Shown: piece after piece, positions 23,440 to 36,700 of the stretch
Numbering within the stretch: the first letter of the stretch is position 1
Layout of the letters: each line of letters begins with the position of its first letter
Assembly (NCBI GenBank): GCA_950097015.1
Contig: CATNEN010000029.1
Span: 2,480,001-2,544,000 of the forward strand
Length of the DNA: 64,000 nucleotides
DNA from: Macrostomum hystrix
Taxonomy: Eukaryota; Animalia; Platyhelminthes
Direction of reading: 5' to 3'
Notes under the pieces: generated by a model
The model's input: the letters and a program-made list of their open reading frames with translations, nothing else
The model's database searches: none
What the model was told of the DNA's origin: nothing
Position numbers and translations under genes: made by a program

Positions 23440-26400
23440 TCAGCGATAATAGTGCTCGGCTTTCAAATTGGCCGCAATCTCTGCTTCCCAGCGATCGCCA
23501 TTGGCCAGCAGCTTCTCCTTGTTGTACAGCAGCTCCTCGTGCGTCTCAGTGGAGTATTCGAAATTCGGGCCCTGAAATAGGCATACGAGATATTCAATGG
23601 CGTTGAACATGAGGATAGAACTAAACAAACACACTGAGCATTGAAGATGGAGGACAGAACTGAACACACACACTGAGCATTGAAGATGGAGGACAGAACT
23701 GAACACACTCACTGAGCATTGAAGATGGAGGACAGAACTGAACACACTCACTGAGCATTGAAGATGGAGGACAGAACTGAACACACACACACTCACTGAG
23801 CATTGAAGATGGAGGACAGAACTGAACACACTCACTGAGCATTGAAGATGGAGGACAGAACTGAACACACTCACTGAGCATTGAAGATGGAGGACAGAAC
23901 TGAACACACTCACTGAGCATTGAAGATGGAGGACAGAACTGAACACACACACACTCACTGAGCATTGAAGATGGAGGACAGAACTGAACACACACACACT
24001 CACTGAGCATTGAAGATGGAGGACAGAACTGAACACACACACACTCACTGAGCATTGAAGATGGAGGACAGAACTGAACACACTCACTGAGCATTGAAGA
24101 TGGAGGACAGAACTGAACACACTCACTGAGCATTGAAGATGGAGGACAGAACTGAACACACTCACTGAGCATTGAAGATGGAGGACAGAACTGAACACAC
24201 TCACTGAGCATTGAAGATGGAGGACAGAACTGAACACACTCACTGAGCATTGAAGATGGAGGACGGAACTGAACACACACACACTCACTGAGCATTGAAG
24301 ATGGAGGACAGAACTGAACACACTCACTGAGCATTGAAGATGGAGGACAGAACTGAACACACTCACTGAGCATTGAAGATGGAGGACAGAACTGAACACA
24401 CACACACTCACTGAGCATTGAAGATGGAGGACAGAACTGAACACACACACACTCACTGAGCATTGAAGATGGAGGACAGAACTGAACACACTCACTGAGC
24501 ATTGAAGATGGAGGACGGAACTGAACACACACACACTCACTGAGCATTGAAGATGGAGGACAGAACTGAACACACTCACTGAGCATTGAAGATGGAGGAC
24601 AGAACTGAACACACTCACTGAGCATTGAAGATGGAGGACAGAACTGAACACACTCACTGAGCATTGAAGATGGAGGACGGAACTGAACACACACACACTC
24701 ACTGAGCATTGAAGATGGAGGACAGAACTGAACACACTCACTGAGCATTGAAGATGGAGGACAGAACTGAACACACTCACTGAGCATTGAAGATGGAGGA
24801 CAGAACAGAACACACTCACTGAGCATTGAAGATGGAGGACAGAACTAAACACACGCATTGAGCATTGATCGTCACTCACCTCAACAATGGCATCCACAGG
24901 ACAGGCCTCCTGGCAGAAGCCGCAGTAGATGCACTTAGTCATGTCAATGTCGTAGCGAGTAGTCCGCCTAGAGCCGTCCTCGCGCTCCTCGGCCTCGATG
25001 GTGATGGCCTGGGCCGGGCATATGGCCTCGCACAGTTTGCAGGCGATGCAGCGCTCCTCACCACTAGGATAGCGGCGGAGGGCGTGTTCGCCGCGGAAAC
25101 GCGGACTAAGCGGCCCCTTTTCAAACGGATAATTAATCGTGGCCGGCTCCTGGAACACCTTGGCCAAGGTGATGCCCATGCCCTTAATGAGCTCGAGGAA
25201 GAACATGTTGCGCGCGCTCTCGTCGCCAATGGTGCGCCAGTCATCAGCGGGGTCGGGCCGCGACACTAGCTCTGAGGATGAATAAAAAATGTATTTTCAA
25301 CTCAGTGTGTACCTTTAAACTAATGAGTCTGCTCTTGCAGGACATTAGGAAAATATATATAACTAGGAAAACTTACTATAAGAAGAGACAGACGATGACG
25401 TTTGTAGAGATCTCCTTGCAATACAGTGATCTAAAATGGACAAACATAGGTATGTACTATTACATATATAGCTTTGTAGTTTAATGATCTAATACATCAA
25501 TGGTAAGCAAACATTTGGTTGAATACAAACTTGTAGGGAAACTGAGTCAAGTCAAGTCACGATCACCATAACAATTTTTCTAAACAATCTAAGCTAGTAA
25601 TTGTGTATTCAGCAATCTAGACCTCATATATCAGTTTTGAATGACAACAATTTTAGGGTGGATTTCTTATTGAAATGATTGTCTTTCAAAAAATTACATC
25701 ATTTCTCTTTTAAAGTAGGACCTTGTCTATTTTTTTAGTTTTGGATAAGAATCCTTTCAATAGGAAATCTGCCCTAAAAATCACATTCCCAAACTAAAAT
25801 ACTTTATTTCTTTAGCTAGTATAACTAGAGTTATTTGGCAAACAAAAAGAACTGTGGGTTACAAAGTGCAGTTGCACCCCCTCAGTTTCTGAAGATGATC
25901 TTTTTAAATGATATGGTACATATAAATGATAGTCAACCGAAAGTGCAGTGCTTAATATACTTTTGGCTTCAGGTAAGCTACAATTGTTTGTTGAAAATTT
26001 AAGGAACTATAATTTTAAACTTATTTGTATTTAGTTTTGGATCACATTTATTTTTCTTTAAAAGTTGTATTGAAATGATTGCCTTCCTAATCTTATTGTA
26101 TTCAACCATATGTCCATTTAACTATTGTAAAAATGTGCGGTTATTTTGTTTGATATTCTGATTGTTTGATCTGATGATTGATTAAAACTATGATTTAAGC
26201 ACTGTATAGAAATTTCAAATGTGATCTTTGTTGTCAACTAAAACTATTTTGTAAAAGAATGACTTTCATCCAACAGAATGTCCAGTCCTTTTACACTTTT
26301 AATAGGAAAAAATATGTTAAAATATTTATTAGTCTGATTATATCCAAAGTACTAAGAAACCACAAAATGTGTACAGTGTATAAAATGCATGTGTATCTAC

Positions 26401-27019
26401 ATTGAAGTTTATATAAATTGCAATAACAGAATGAAAAAAGAAAGTGACAGACTCTAAATTAAATAAAGGTACAAAGCTGTAAGCAGTTTTATTGTGAATA
26501 AATATCATTTATTATTTTTTAAATTAGTTAACATTTACAGTTACAACTTCAAGTTGTTATATCTTAACTGCCAGCCATTAATCATATAGCTGAAGCAGTT
26601 TTTAATAAAGTTTTTGTTACTTAAATTTTTACCAAAATGGTCCATACTTGCTAAAAAGTAGATTGTAATTATTACAGGGATACACTTTATTAGGACCAGT
26701 TACAATTATTTGTTCCAGGCTATGATTTGATTATAATTCACTTTAGTAGTAAAAGCTTTGGCAAATATACTTTATAATATGATTCATGGCACAAAAAAAA
26801 CAAATTAAATTCGCTTTCGGTAAATGTTTATCACTTTGCCTTTATTGATCACTATTAAATAAATTTAATAATTAAAAGTTTCATACAAACAAGGAAAATT
26901 ATATGCAGAGGTCTACAGAGTAAAATTATATAGGCCCCTAATAGCAAAGTACTGATATCTTATGACTCACAAGCAGAATTAACTGAAAATATCTTTCGAA
27001 GAAGCAATTTTGATGACAT
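23440..27019 (-). CDS. NDUFS8: NADH:ubiquinone oxidoreductase 2x[4Fe-4S] subunit (TYKY/NuoI), 208 aa
   Basis: Exons 27019-26971, 25430-25377, 25271-24880, 23571-23440 (627 nt), all GT-AG and phase-consistent. Product is a transit-like [30 protein letters not shown] followed by [51 protein letters not shown] and [22 protein letters not shown]. Confidence 0.97.
23633..24850. repeat. 39-bp (variant 45-bp) minisatellite filling NDUFS8 intron 3
   Basis: About 30 units of CACTGAGCATTGAAGATGGAGGACAGAACTGAACACACT. The long variant adds 6 nt of CA repeat. Confidence 0.97.
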
Positions 27020-27766
27020 TTTATTACTAGGCCTCGAGTCAAGATTCCTAAAACAGCGTGTTAACTTTTATTAACGAAAACTTATTTCAACGAATAGAAG
27101 TGAATCCAACTGATATCTAGCTGAAATGAGGTCTACAGCCTAAGTTGCAGGCTTAATAGAAGGACAGTTGCGAATCCTACTTGTGTCGGACAATATACTG
27201 CTCTAATTAGACAATAGTTAGTTTAGATTTAAGAACTCTAAATGTTTTTAACTTCCAATTTTATACTCGAATCCAAAAATTGTATAATTAGAAAAAGGTA
27301 TAACGAATACAATAAAGTACACTCCGTGAGTTCTAAGCAACCTTATTAAATCAAAGAAAATTAAGACCGAAAAAATATATAACTTGAAAATGAGTATTTA
27401 GCTGGCGCAACTCCTTGTGTATTTGTTAGTTTAAAACATAGCCTTATGCAATTATAATAAATTTCTGCACAATACATAAGGTCCTCTGGACAGGACTGTC
27501 CAAAACGCCTTGAAGAGATTTTTAATAACAAATAAAATACAAGCCTGTTTCCTATTTTGCGCAGAAAACATTGCACAATACGGTTTCCAAGAAAAAATCA
27601 CATTATTAGATTGTCGAGCGTCCAGTCGAATTTTTCTTTATCGCTTAACGTTCTGTGTATCTCATTGTGACCCGAATATTTAACAGAACTCAAAGGTCTA
27701 ATTTCGTAAAGAAAACTTAATAGATAACGTCGCTGACGCTAAGTATCATTAGCAACATCTACCAAA
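27020..27766. promoter_or_regulatory. Putative bidirectional promoter / 5' regions of NDUFS8 and RPB1
   Basis: Divergent ATGs at 27019 (minus) and 27767 (plus) are about 750 bp apart. No core promoter elements could be assigned firmly. Confidence 0.55.
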
Positions 27767-30700
27767 ATGCTGATGTACGAAGTGGCAGATTCGACAGCAC
27801 CATTAAGGACTGTAAAAAGAGTCCAATTCGGAATTCTTAGTCCAGATGAAATTGTAAGTCCTTAACATGTATATTGTAATTATACTTTAGGCCTAAAAAA
27901 GCGTCTAGTATTTATTTATTTCTATTGCTTCTTTTTTGCTTCTGTTGCTTCTATTTTGCTTCTGCAGTCTTTGTACAGAAATATATAGTTAATAGGTTCT
28001 ATTGTAAGGTTAATGGAATTTTCATCTAATTATTTTTTGTCAAACTATTTGACAAAACTTCCACTTTCAAAACTTGGTTGACAATGGTTCTAAATCTGGA
28101 GCAAATGTCTGTAGAAGGTTCCAATTCCAAAGCAGATGTTTGATGCCTTAGTGTCTGTGTGCTTCTTGTAGACCACTGTCAGGAAGGTTTACTGTGTACG
28201 CCAAGAACGCCAAAAATTATCAACCCCTGTTTATAAATTTATGCTGACATGCCATTTTTTTGCTCAATACACTAGAATCTACAATCATTCAATTCAAATT
28301 AACTCAAATCATAACAGTTCAATTCAGTAGCACTCAGGGGCATGGATTCCAGGCATTTTGGTGACAGTTAATTTCGGTGACACTGAAAATTGTGACTTCA
28401 GCGAAAAGTTTCTCTTTCACTTTCACAAATCACTTTCTATGGCTATTTACTCGTATTTAGTCTCTTCTTACTAACAAAACCAATGCGTCTATAGTAGCAT
28501 ACGATTTAGCATACGATTCACACCAAAAAGAATGAACAGCATTGCATTATGTTAAAAGCATTAAATGGTGTTTAGCCATGGAACATTTAGCCAAATGCAG
28601 GCTTCCAGCAGTGCCTCCTCAGATTGCAGTCCTTCAGAAAATTCTTGCCAAAGCTTTTGAAAAACAGCTCGCCTATGTACGCAAGTGTGCTGGCGACAAC
28701 GCTGGTCACCCTGCCTGACAAGGTGGGTATTATAATGACAATTGGATTGACTTTGACTTGGATTGAGTTTAGAATGCTCTTGGAAACAGACCATTGTACT
28801 CAGACAAAAAGGATCATTGTTATTTGTGACATACTTGTTGCCGAATTTAACATGAACTGTCGCCAAAAAGCCTGGCACCCAGGGGCATAGCTAAGGGGGT
28901 GTCACATTCATGGGGCTCAAGTATTACATAATTTTATGTAGGCTTAATGTGTTAAAATAAATGATGGTAGATTACTTGTGATGTATTAACTGCATTTTGT
29001 GCTTTGCACATTGCATGAAATATATATGTAGCATTTAATAATGATTGAAAATCAGCAATTTGCAAGCATAAAACATTTGAAAAAGATGAGCTGGCATTCA
29101 TTATATGGTCCTATGGACATATTCTGTCTTCAAATTTCACTTTCTATATGGTGCAAACTTTTTTAGTTGCTTTTTATACATGCCACAAATTCACACAGTG
29201 CAAGGATTTTTTGTGCAAGGATGCAAGGATGCAATATATAGGTTTATCATATTTATGAATGCCAAATATGTTTGCCAATAAACTATAAAGGGTTAATGCA
29301 TGTGCCATGACACCTTCTTGACAGTGGCTTGGTGTCTATGGTGTCAAGTAATTTCTATATTTGCATAAATGACCAATAATATCATCAGCTTAAGTATTGA
29401 ATAGAGAACTAATAAACAGTAGTGGACAAATTATTTGGATTTGAATTTGATTTGACAAACATTCCAAAGGATAATTCTCAATTTGATAAACATTCCATAT
29501 GATAATTTTCAAGTTGACAATAATTCCCTTGCTACTTGCCACTGTTGACCACAGCCATGTGAGGAAAAATGCAATAATTCTGGGATCCTTGTAGTAATTG
29601 TACTTCTAAGGATTATGACTAAGAATATACAAGATCAGGAATCTTTGATGAAAACATTTTTTTCTGTAGTAAGCCAATTAGTATTTTAGTTTTTTGTTAT
29701 TTTGTGTCGCAGTACTATATCCAATTGAATTAGTAAATAAAAAGTCTTAATGTTAGTATAGTTTTTAGTATACACAAATGTTTTAAATGCACTAAATCAT
29801 TAATCATGCATTGTTAGTATCAAAATCAAGATATTTGAAACCAAACATGAATAATTATCTCAAATAAGTCAAAATAGGAATAGATTGTGCAATGACTTTG
29901 ATCCTATAGCAATGTTTCTACTCTATCATTAGTGTTGTCTAGGATTCAAAGTTTTTTAATTCAAATCTAAACAGTGGTACAACTATGATTTTCTAAGGGG
30001 GGGGGGGCAAACCAAAGTTGAATCATCCTGGATGAGTGGCAGATAGGTTTCAAATGCAGTTTTGGTGAAAAGTTTGTCACTTGGTCTTAATGTCCCTTTC
30101 AATCTTTTGGTTCTTCCTAGGGAAGGGGGAGACAGTTGCCCCCTGGACTTGTGCTAGTGAAACAAAATGCAATGAGAACTATAAACTATACCCAATTGCA
30201 CAAAAATTTGTATCATTACTACTACTACTAACTACTAACAAGTTATTTTTTAGTACAAACCATGTTTTTATAAATTACTGGAGTCCAACCTAGACAACTA
30301 CTAAATTAATAAAAAGGTGGCCAAAATATTTTTAAACATACTTTGTAATAATAATTTATTACAAATTATCTAAGAATTCATCTGACAGACAATTTCTGAC
30401 AGACAGTTATGCATAAAAATATGTATATGACTAGCCAAATTTTTATGCATATTATGCTCATACCACTACTAGTTTTTGCCTTATGCCCAGAGCCAGCATA
30501 AGTGTTGTTTGAAACTTTAAACTTATGTTTTGTGGCATTGCTGCTTTCCCAAGGGTTAATATTACTATTCAATTGAGTTTATTATAACAATATTTTGGTC
30601 TTAAGAGTAATTGAACAAAATATATACAATACATTTTTGTTATTTAACCATCCTGTACATATATATTTTTTATACAAAAGTTTTGCTTTTTCCGAACTGA

Positions 30701-33700
30701 GTTAACATTCACGGTTTTATTTTGCCTAAATAATACTAAAAATATGCAATATAGACAGCTCGAATAGGAAGGATACGATGTAGATTTTGAATTAAACTGA
30801 AATAGAAAATTTTAGCCGAGAAATGAGCTCAACTTGCCTTAATTGTCCTAAGTTGTTTTATATTGTCTCATATCTGTAAAACAAAAAAGAAGTTTACTAA
30901 CGGCCAACAATCAGAAATTTATGATTACCAGTAGATCAAAAAATTATTTTGTTCATACCTTGACCATGCGCATCTCACATTAAAAAACACCTAATGTAGA
31001 AGCGCATGTCCGTCACGGAGGGTGGCATCCTCTATCCGGAGACGATGGAGGCTGGCAAGCCGAAGCTCGGCGGCCTGATGGACCCAAGGCAGGGTGTCAT
31101 TGACAGACTGTCGCGCTGTCAGACATGCGCCGGCAACATGTCGCAGTGTCCCGGCCACTTTGGCCACATCGAACTGGCTAAGCCAGTCTTTCACGTACCA
31201 ATGATGACCAAGATAGTGAAGATTCTTCGCTGCGTATGCTTCTTCTGCTCTAAGCTGCTCATCGATCCCCAGTCTGAGAAGGTTAAGGATATCTTATTGA
31301 AGACGGCGCATCATCCGCAGCGTCGGCTCAACTACATCTACGACGAGTGCAAGGGGCGCAGCATCTGCGAGGCTCCGTCCAGCAGCAATCAGGATCAGGC
31401 GGAGGCCGAAGCTGGTGGCGCAGCCGCTTTTAGCGAAGGCATCGGCGGCGAAGTCACACTCCGGTCCGGCTGTTCGCGTTTTCAGCCAAAGATTCGACGC
31501 ACCGGTTTGGACCTGTCAGCTGAGTGGGTCAAGGTGAGGTTCTCTTCTTAATTCCTCTAAGTACTTTTCCTAAGCTTCTATACGCATTCTATCTCGTTCG
31601 CAAAATTTACAAGGTAAACGATGAGAGCCAGGAGCGCAAGATGGCACTGTCAGCCGAGCGCGTCCTTGAGATATTCAAAGCGCATCTCAGACGAGGACTG
31701 CCACGTACTCGGCATGGATGTCCGCTTCGCTAGGCCAGACTGGATGATCACCACCGTGCTGCCGGTGCCGCCACTGCCAGTCCGGCCAGCCGTTGTGATG
31801 CACGGCTCGGCCAGGAACCAGGACGATCTCACACACAAACTATCCGATATTATCAAGGCTAACAATCAGCTCAGGCGCAACGAGCAGAGCGGCGCTGCCG
31901 CCCACATCATCCTGGAGGACACCAAGATGCTGCAGTACCACTGCACCACCCTGATCGACAATGAGATACCGGGCCTGCCCAAGGCTACGCAAAAGTCTGG
32001 CCGGCCGCTCAAATCAATTAAGCAGCGCCTGAAAGGCAAGGAGGGCCGCATTCGTGGCAACCTGATGGGCAAGCGAGTGGATTTCAGCGGCCGAACAGTC
32101 ATCACTGCTGATCCCAACATCGGCATACACCAGGTTGGCGTTCCTCGGACCATCGCTCTGAACCTCACCTTCCCGGAGGTGGTGACGCCATTCAACATTG
32201 AATGGCTGCAGGAGCTGGTGCGCAATGGCGCCAATCACTATCCGGGCGCCAAGTACATCATCCGAGACAATGGCGACCGCATCGATCTGCGCTACCATCC
32301 CAAGGCGGCTGACCTCACGCTGCAGATTGGCTACATTGTTGAACGTCACATGATGGACGACGATTATGTGGTGTTTAACCGACAGCCTACACTGCACAAG
32401 ATGTCCATGATGTGTCACCGGGTTAAGGTCAGTCCTAGCTATGACCAACAAGGTTGTTGACTTGAGAGAAGGGTAGCTGGTTAAGCTGAATTGATATTAT
32501 GATACCCAAGTCATTTTAGTCATACGCTAACCTAATTCGGCACAAATTTCTAGGTGCTGCCCTGGTCCACATTCCGTCTAAATCTGTCGGTTACCACGCC
32601 GTACAACGCCGACTTTGACGGCGACGAAATGAATCTGCACATGCCGCAGTCGCTGGAGACCAAAGCCGAGATTGCCCAGCTGGCCACTGTGCCCCGCATG
32701 ATCATCACTCCGCAGAGCAATAGGCCAGTTATGGGCATTGTGCAGGACACCCTGACTGCTGTGCGCAAGATGACCAAACGAGACGTGTTCATTACCCGCG
32801 CCGAGATGATGAACCTTCTCATGTACTTGCCCAGCTGGGACGGCCGCATGCCGAATCCGGCCATCTTGAAGCCCGCGCCACTCTGGACTGGCAAACAGCT
32901 GTTCAGTCTGATCATTCCGCCTAGGATTAACTGCGTGCGCACCCATTTCACTCATCCCGACGAGGAAGACAACGGGCCCTACAAATGGATTAGTCCGGGC
33001 GATACCAAAGTCCTAGTCGAAGACGGCCAACTGCTCAGCGGCATTCTATGCAAGAAATCACTCGGCGCCTCGGCCGGCTCTCTGGTGCACATTGTCGCCC
33101 TGGAGTGCAGCCACATGGATGCCGGCCGATTCTACGGCGAGATCCAGACAGTTGTAAATAACTGGCTGCTTATCGAAGGTCACACTATTGGCATTGGCGA
33201 CACCATTGCCGACACCAAGACCTACAGTGACATTCGCGACACCATCAAGAAAGCCAAGGAGAATGTCGAGGATGTCATCAATCAGGCTCATCACGACGAG
33301 CTGACGCCGACGCCTGGCAATACTCTGCGACAGACGTTTGAGAACATGGTGAACAAGATCCTCAACGATGCCCGCGAGAAGACTGGCAGCTGCGCTCAGA
33401 AGTCTCTGTCCGAGTTCAATAACTTCAACGCCATGGTGGTGTCCGGCGCCAAAGGCTCCAAAATCAACATCTCCCAGGTGATTGCCTGCGTCGGCCAGCA
33501 GAACGTTGAAGGCAAGCGGATTCCGTTTGGATTCTGTCACCGAACTTTGCCGCACTTCATCAAAGACGACTATGGGCCGGAGTCTCGAGGATTTGTAGAG
33601 AACTCCTACCTGGCCGGTGAGTTGGTTTTTGTGTTGATTTCTTAATCTCTAAAGCCTCAACTGAATCATCTACTTTAGTCTCATTCCTCCCTCTGTCAAT

Positions 33701-36700
33701 CCGGAGCACTTTTGGATTCTATTTTTATGACGGTGATTGAACTTGTATATAGTGCCTGACCACTAGATTAATGTTAAAACGGTAGAAGTAACGATGCCGA
33801 TGATTTTGTGATTCTAAAAGTTGTTTGATCGGATAGAGCGGAAAAATTATTTTCGAGACAATTGAATATTTTTTGGGTTACAATAAAATGAAAAATGTGG
33901 CGATTGGTCTGTAATTCTTAATTCCTCCACGATCTGGTTTATCGCAGGCCTGACACCAACCGAGTTCTACTTCCACGCCATGGGCGGTCGCGAAGGTCTG
34001 ATCGATACGGCCGTAAAAACAGCCGAAACTGGCTATATTCAGCGGCGCTTAATCAAAGCCATGGAGTCCGTGATGGTCAAGTATGACAATACTGTGCGCA
34101 ACCAGATTGAACAGGTCATCCAGCTGCGCTACGGCGAGGACGGCCTGGACGCTTGCCACGTGGAATTCCAAGCTGTGCCAATCATCAAGCCGTCCAATCC
34201 GGCATTTGAAAAGAATTTCCGATTCGACCTGAGCAACGAGCGAGCCCTGCGACGCTGCATGACCGAGGAGCAGATGAAGCGCGTGCTTAATGACAACAAT
34301 TGCCAACAGGAGGTTGAGCGCGAGTGGAATCAGCTGCAGGCCGATCGGAAAGAGCTGCGAGCCATCTTTCCGCGAGGCGACGCTCGCACAGTTCTGCCCT
34401 GCAACATCCAACGTCTGGTGTGGAATGCCCAGAAACGATTCAAGCTCAACCTGCGCCGGCCAACTGATCTGCATCCGACTCGGGTGGTTCAGGGTGTCCG
34501 CAGCCTCTGCGAACGTTTGTGCATTGTTAAGGGCGAAGATAAGCTTAGCAAAGAGGCTAACACCAATGCCACTCTGCTCATGGCCTGCCTAATACGGTCG
34601 TCACTGTGCTGCAAGAAGGTGATCGAGGAGCATCGACTCAGCGCTGACGCTTTCGAATGGTTGCTTGGCGAGATCGACTCCCGCTTCCAGCTGGCTCAGG
34701 TGCATCCTGGCGAGATGGTCGGCGCCCTGGCCGCCCAGTCGCTCGGTGAGCCGGCCACCCAGATGACACTCAACACCTTCCATTACTGCCGGTGTGTCGG
34801 CTAAGAACGTAACCCTAGGCGTGCCCCGGCTCAAGGAGATTATCAACGTGTCTAAGCGACCCAAGACGCCTAGCTTGACTGTGTTCCTCACCGGCCAGGC
34901 CGCCATCGACGCCGAGAAGGCTAAAGACGTCCTTTGCCGCCTGGAGCACACCACGCTGCGCAAAGTGGTGGCCAACACGGCCATCTATTACGATCCGGAT
35001 CCGCGCAACACCGTCATCAAGGAGGATCGCGACTGGGTTAGCCTCTACTACGACCTTGGAGACTTCGACATCGCCCGAGCCAGTCCGTGGATGCTGCGCA
35101 TTGAATTGGATCGCAAGCGCATGGTTGACAAGAAGCTAACCATGGAGAGCATCGCTGAGAAGGTGTCCGCCAGCTTTGGCAACGATCTCAGCTGCATCTT
35201 CAACGACGACAACTCCGAGAAGCTGGTGCTGCGCATTCGCATCATGGGCCAGGAGGGCGAGAAAGATGAAGACGAAGAAGGCGCGCCAACTGGCGTCGAC
35301 AAGCTGGAGGACCAGACTTTTCTGCGTCTAATTGAGCAGAACCTACTCAGCGACATGACCCTGCAGGGCATCGAATCAATCGGCAAGGTGTACATGCACC
35401 TGCCTAAGGAGGACAGCAAAAAGCGGGTCACCTTTAACGAAGACGGTAGCTATCACTACATTGCGGATTGGATTCTTGAGACTGACGGCACATGCCTGAT
35501 GAAGGTTGGTTTTTTCGATATAATATTTGTACTAAGGGGGTCATTGGCAGAGCTGGTTAACGCGTATGCCTCTCGCTCCGAGGTCCCTGAGCTCGATTCC
35601 GCGGTGAGGCCACATACAGTTCACAGTGAATCTAATCAGTTCAGGAGGAATATCTTACAAGCTGTACTTCTCTTATAAGCTTATAAGATGGGTTACGTGA
35701 CGGGCACTGGTTCAACCCTCGCCACTGCTCACTCCGCAGGTGCTAGCCGAGCGCAACGTTGACCCAGTGCGCACCGTCAGCAACGATATTGTCGAAATCT
35801 TCGAAGTGCTCGGCATCGAAGCCGTGCGCAAAGCCATCGAGCGCGAAATGAATCACGTGATCAGCTTCGACGGCAGCTACGTGAATTATCGCCACCTCGC
35901 CCTGCTTTGCGATATCATGACTGTTAAGGGCCACCTGATGGCCATCACTCGGCACGGCATCAACAGGCAGGACACTGGCGCCCTCGCTCGCTGCTCCTTT
36001 GAAGAGACAGTCGACATCCTCATGGAGGCAGCCAGCTCTGCCGAGGTTGACCCGGTGAAGGGCGTCAGCGAGAACATCATGCTAGGCCAGCTTGCCCGCA
36101 TCGGCACCGGCTGCTTCGACCTGCTGTTGGACCACGAGCAGTGCCGCTTCGCCATGGAGATCCCCATGGGCACCACCGGCATCATCTTCGGCGGCGCCGC
36201 TTCGCCAACCGGTGGCGGCTTTACTCCGCACGCCACGCCGTGGAACAGCGGCGCAACGCCCTACGCAGGCGCCTGGTCGCCAGCCATCACGCCTGGCATG
36301 ACACCCGCTGGCGGCTTCTCACCTGCCGGTGCCTCCGAGGCCGGAATGTCGCCAGGCGGCGGAATGTCGCCTTATTCTCCTGGCGCCGCGTTTAGCCCGA
36401 AGACTCCAGACGGTTACGCCATGGGCGGTGAGTTCAGCCCGCCCTACAGCCCCGCCTCACCAGGCTTTATGCCGCCAAGTCCGGCCACGCCACAGAGTCC
36501 CGGATACAGTCCGGACGGCTCTAGCCCCGGCTACAGCCCCACCTCGCCAGGCTATCCGCCGACCTCGCCAGTCTACAGCCCGACTTCGCCACATTATAGT
36601 CCCAGCTCGCCGTCTGGCAGCTCGCCTACGTACAGTCCAACCTCGCCAACATACAGTCCGACGTCGCCATCGTACAGTCCGACATCACCATCGTACAGTC

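Noticed and set aside
23440-25266. 608-aa NDUFS8 as a single ORF
   Set aside because: Canonical GT/AG sites remove 23572-24879 and restore the conserved AIVE|GPNF junction. The read-through is reported as a finding only.
28880-30160. hAT-like termini in RPB1 intron 1 (CAGGGGCATAGCTAAGGGGG; CAGTGGTACAACTA...GCCCCCTGG)
   Set aside because: Too degenerate. No matching TIR pair or TSD could be fixed.
31677-34795. Programmed ribosomal frameshifting in RPB1
   Set aside because: No slippery heptamer or evident stimulatory structure, and single-base insertions in invariant motifs are better explained by error or mutation.
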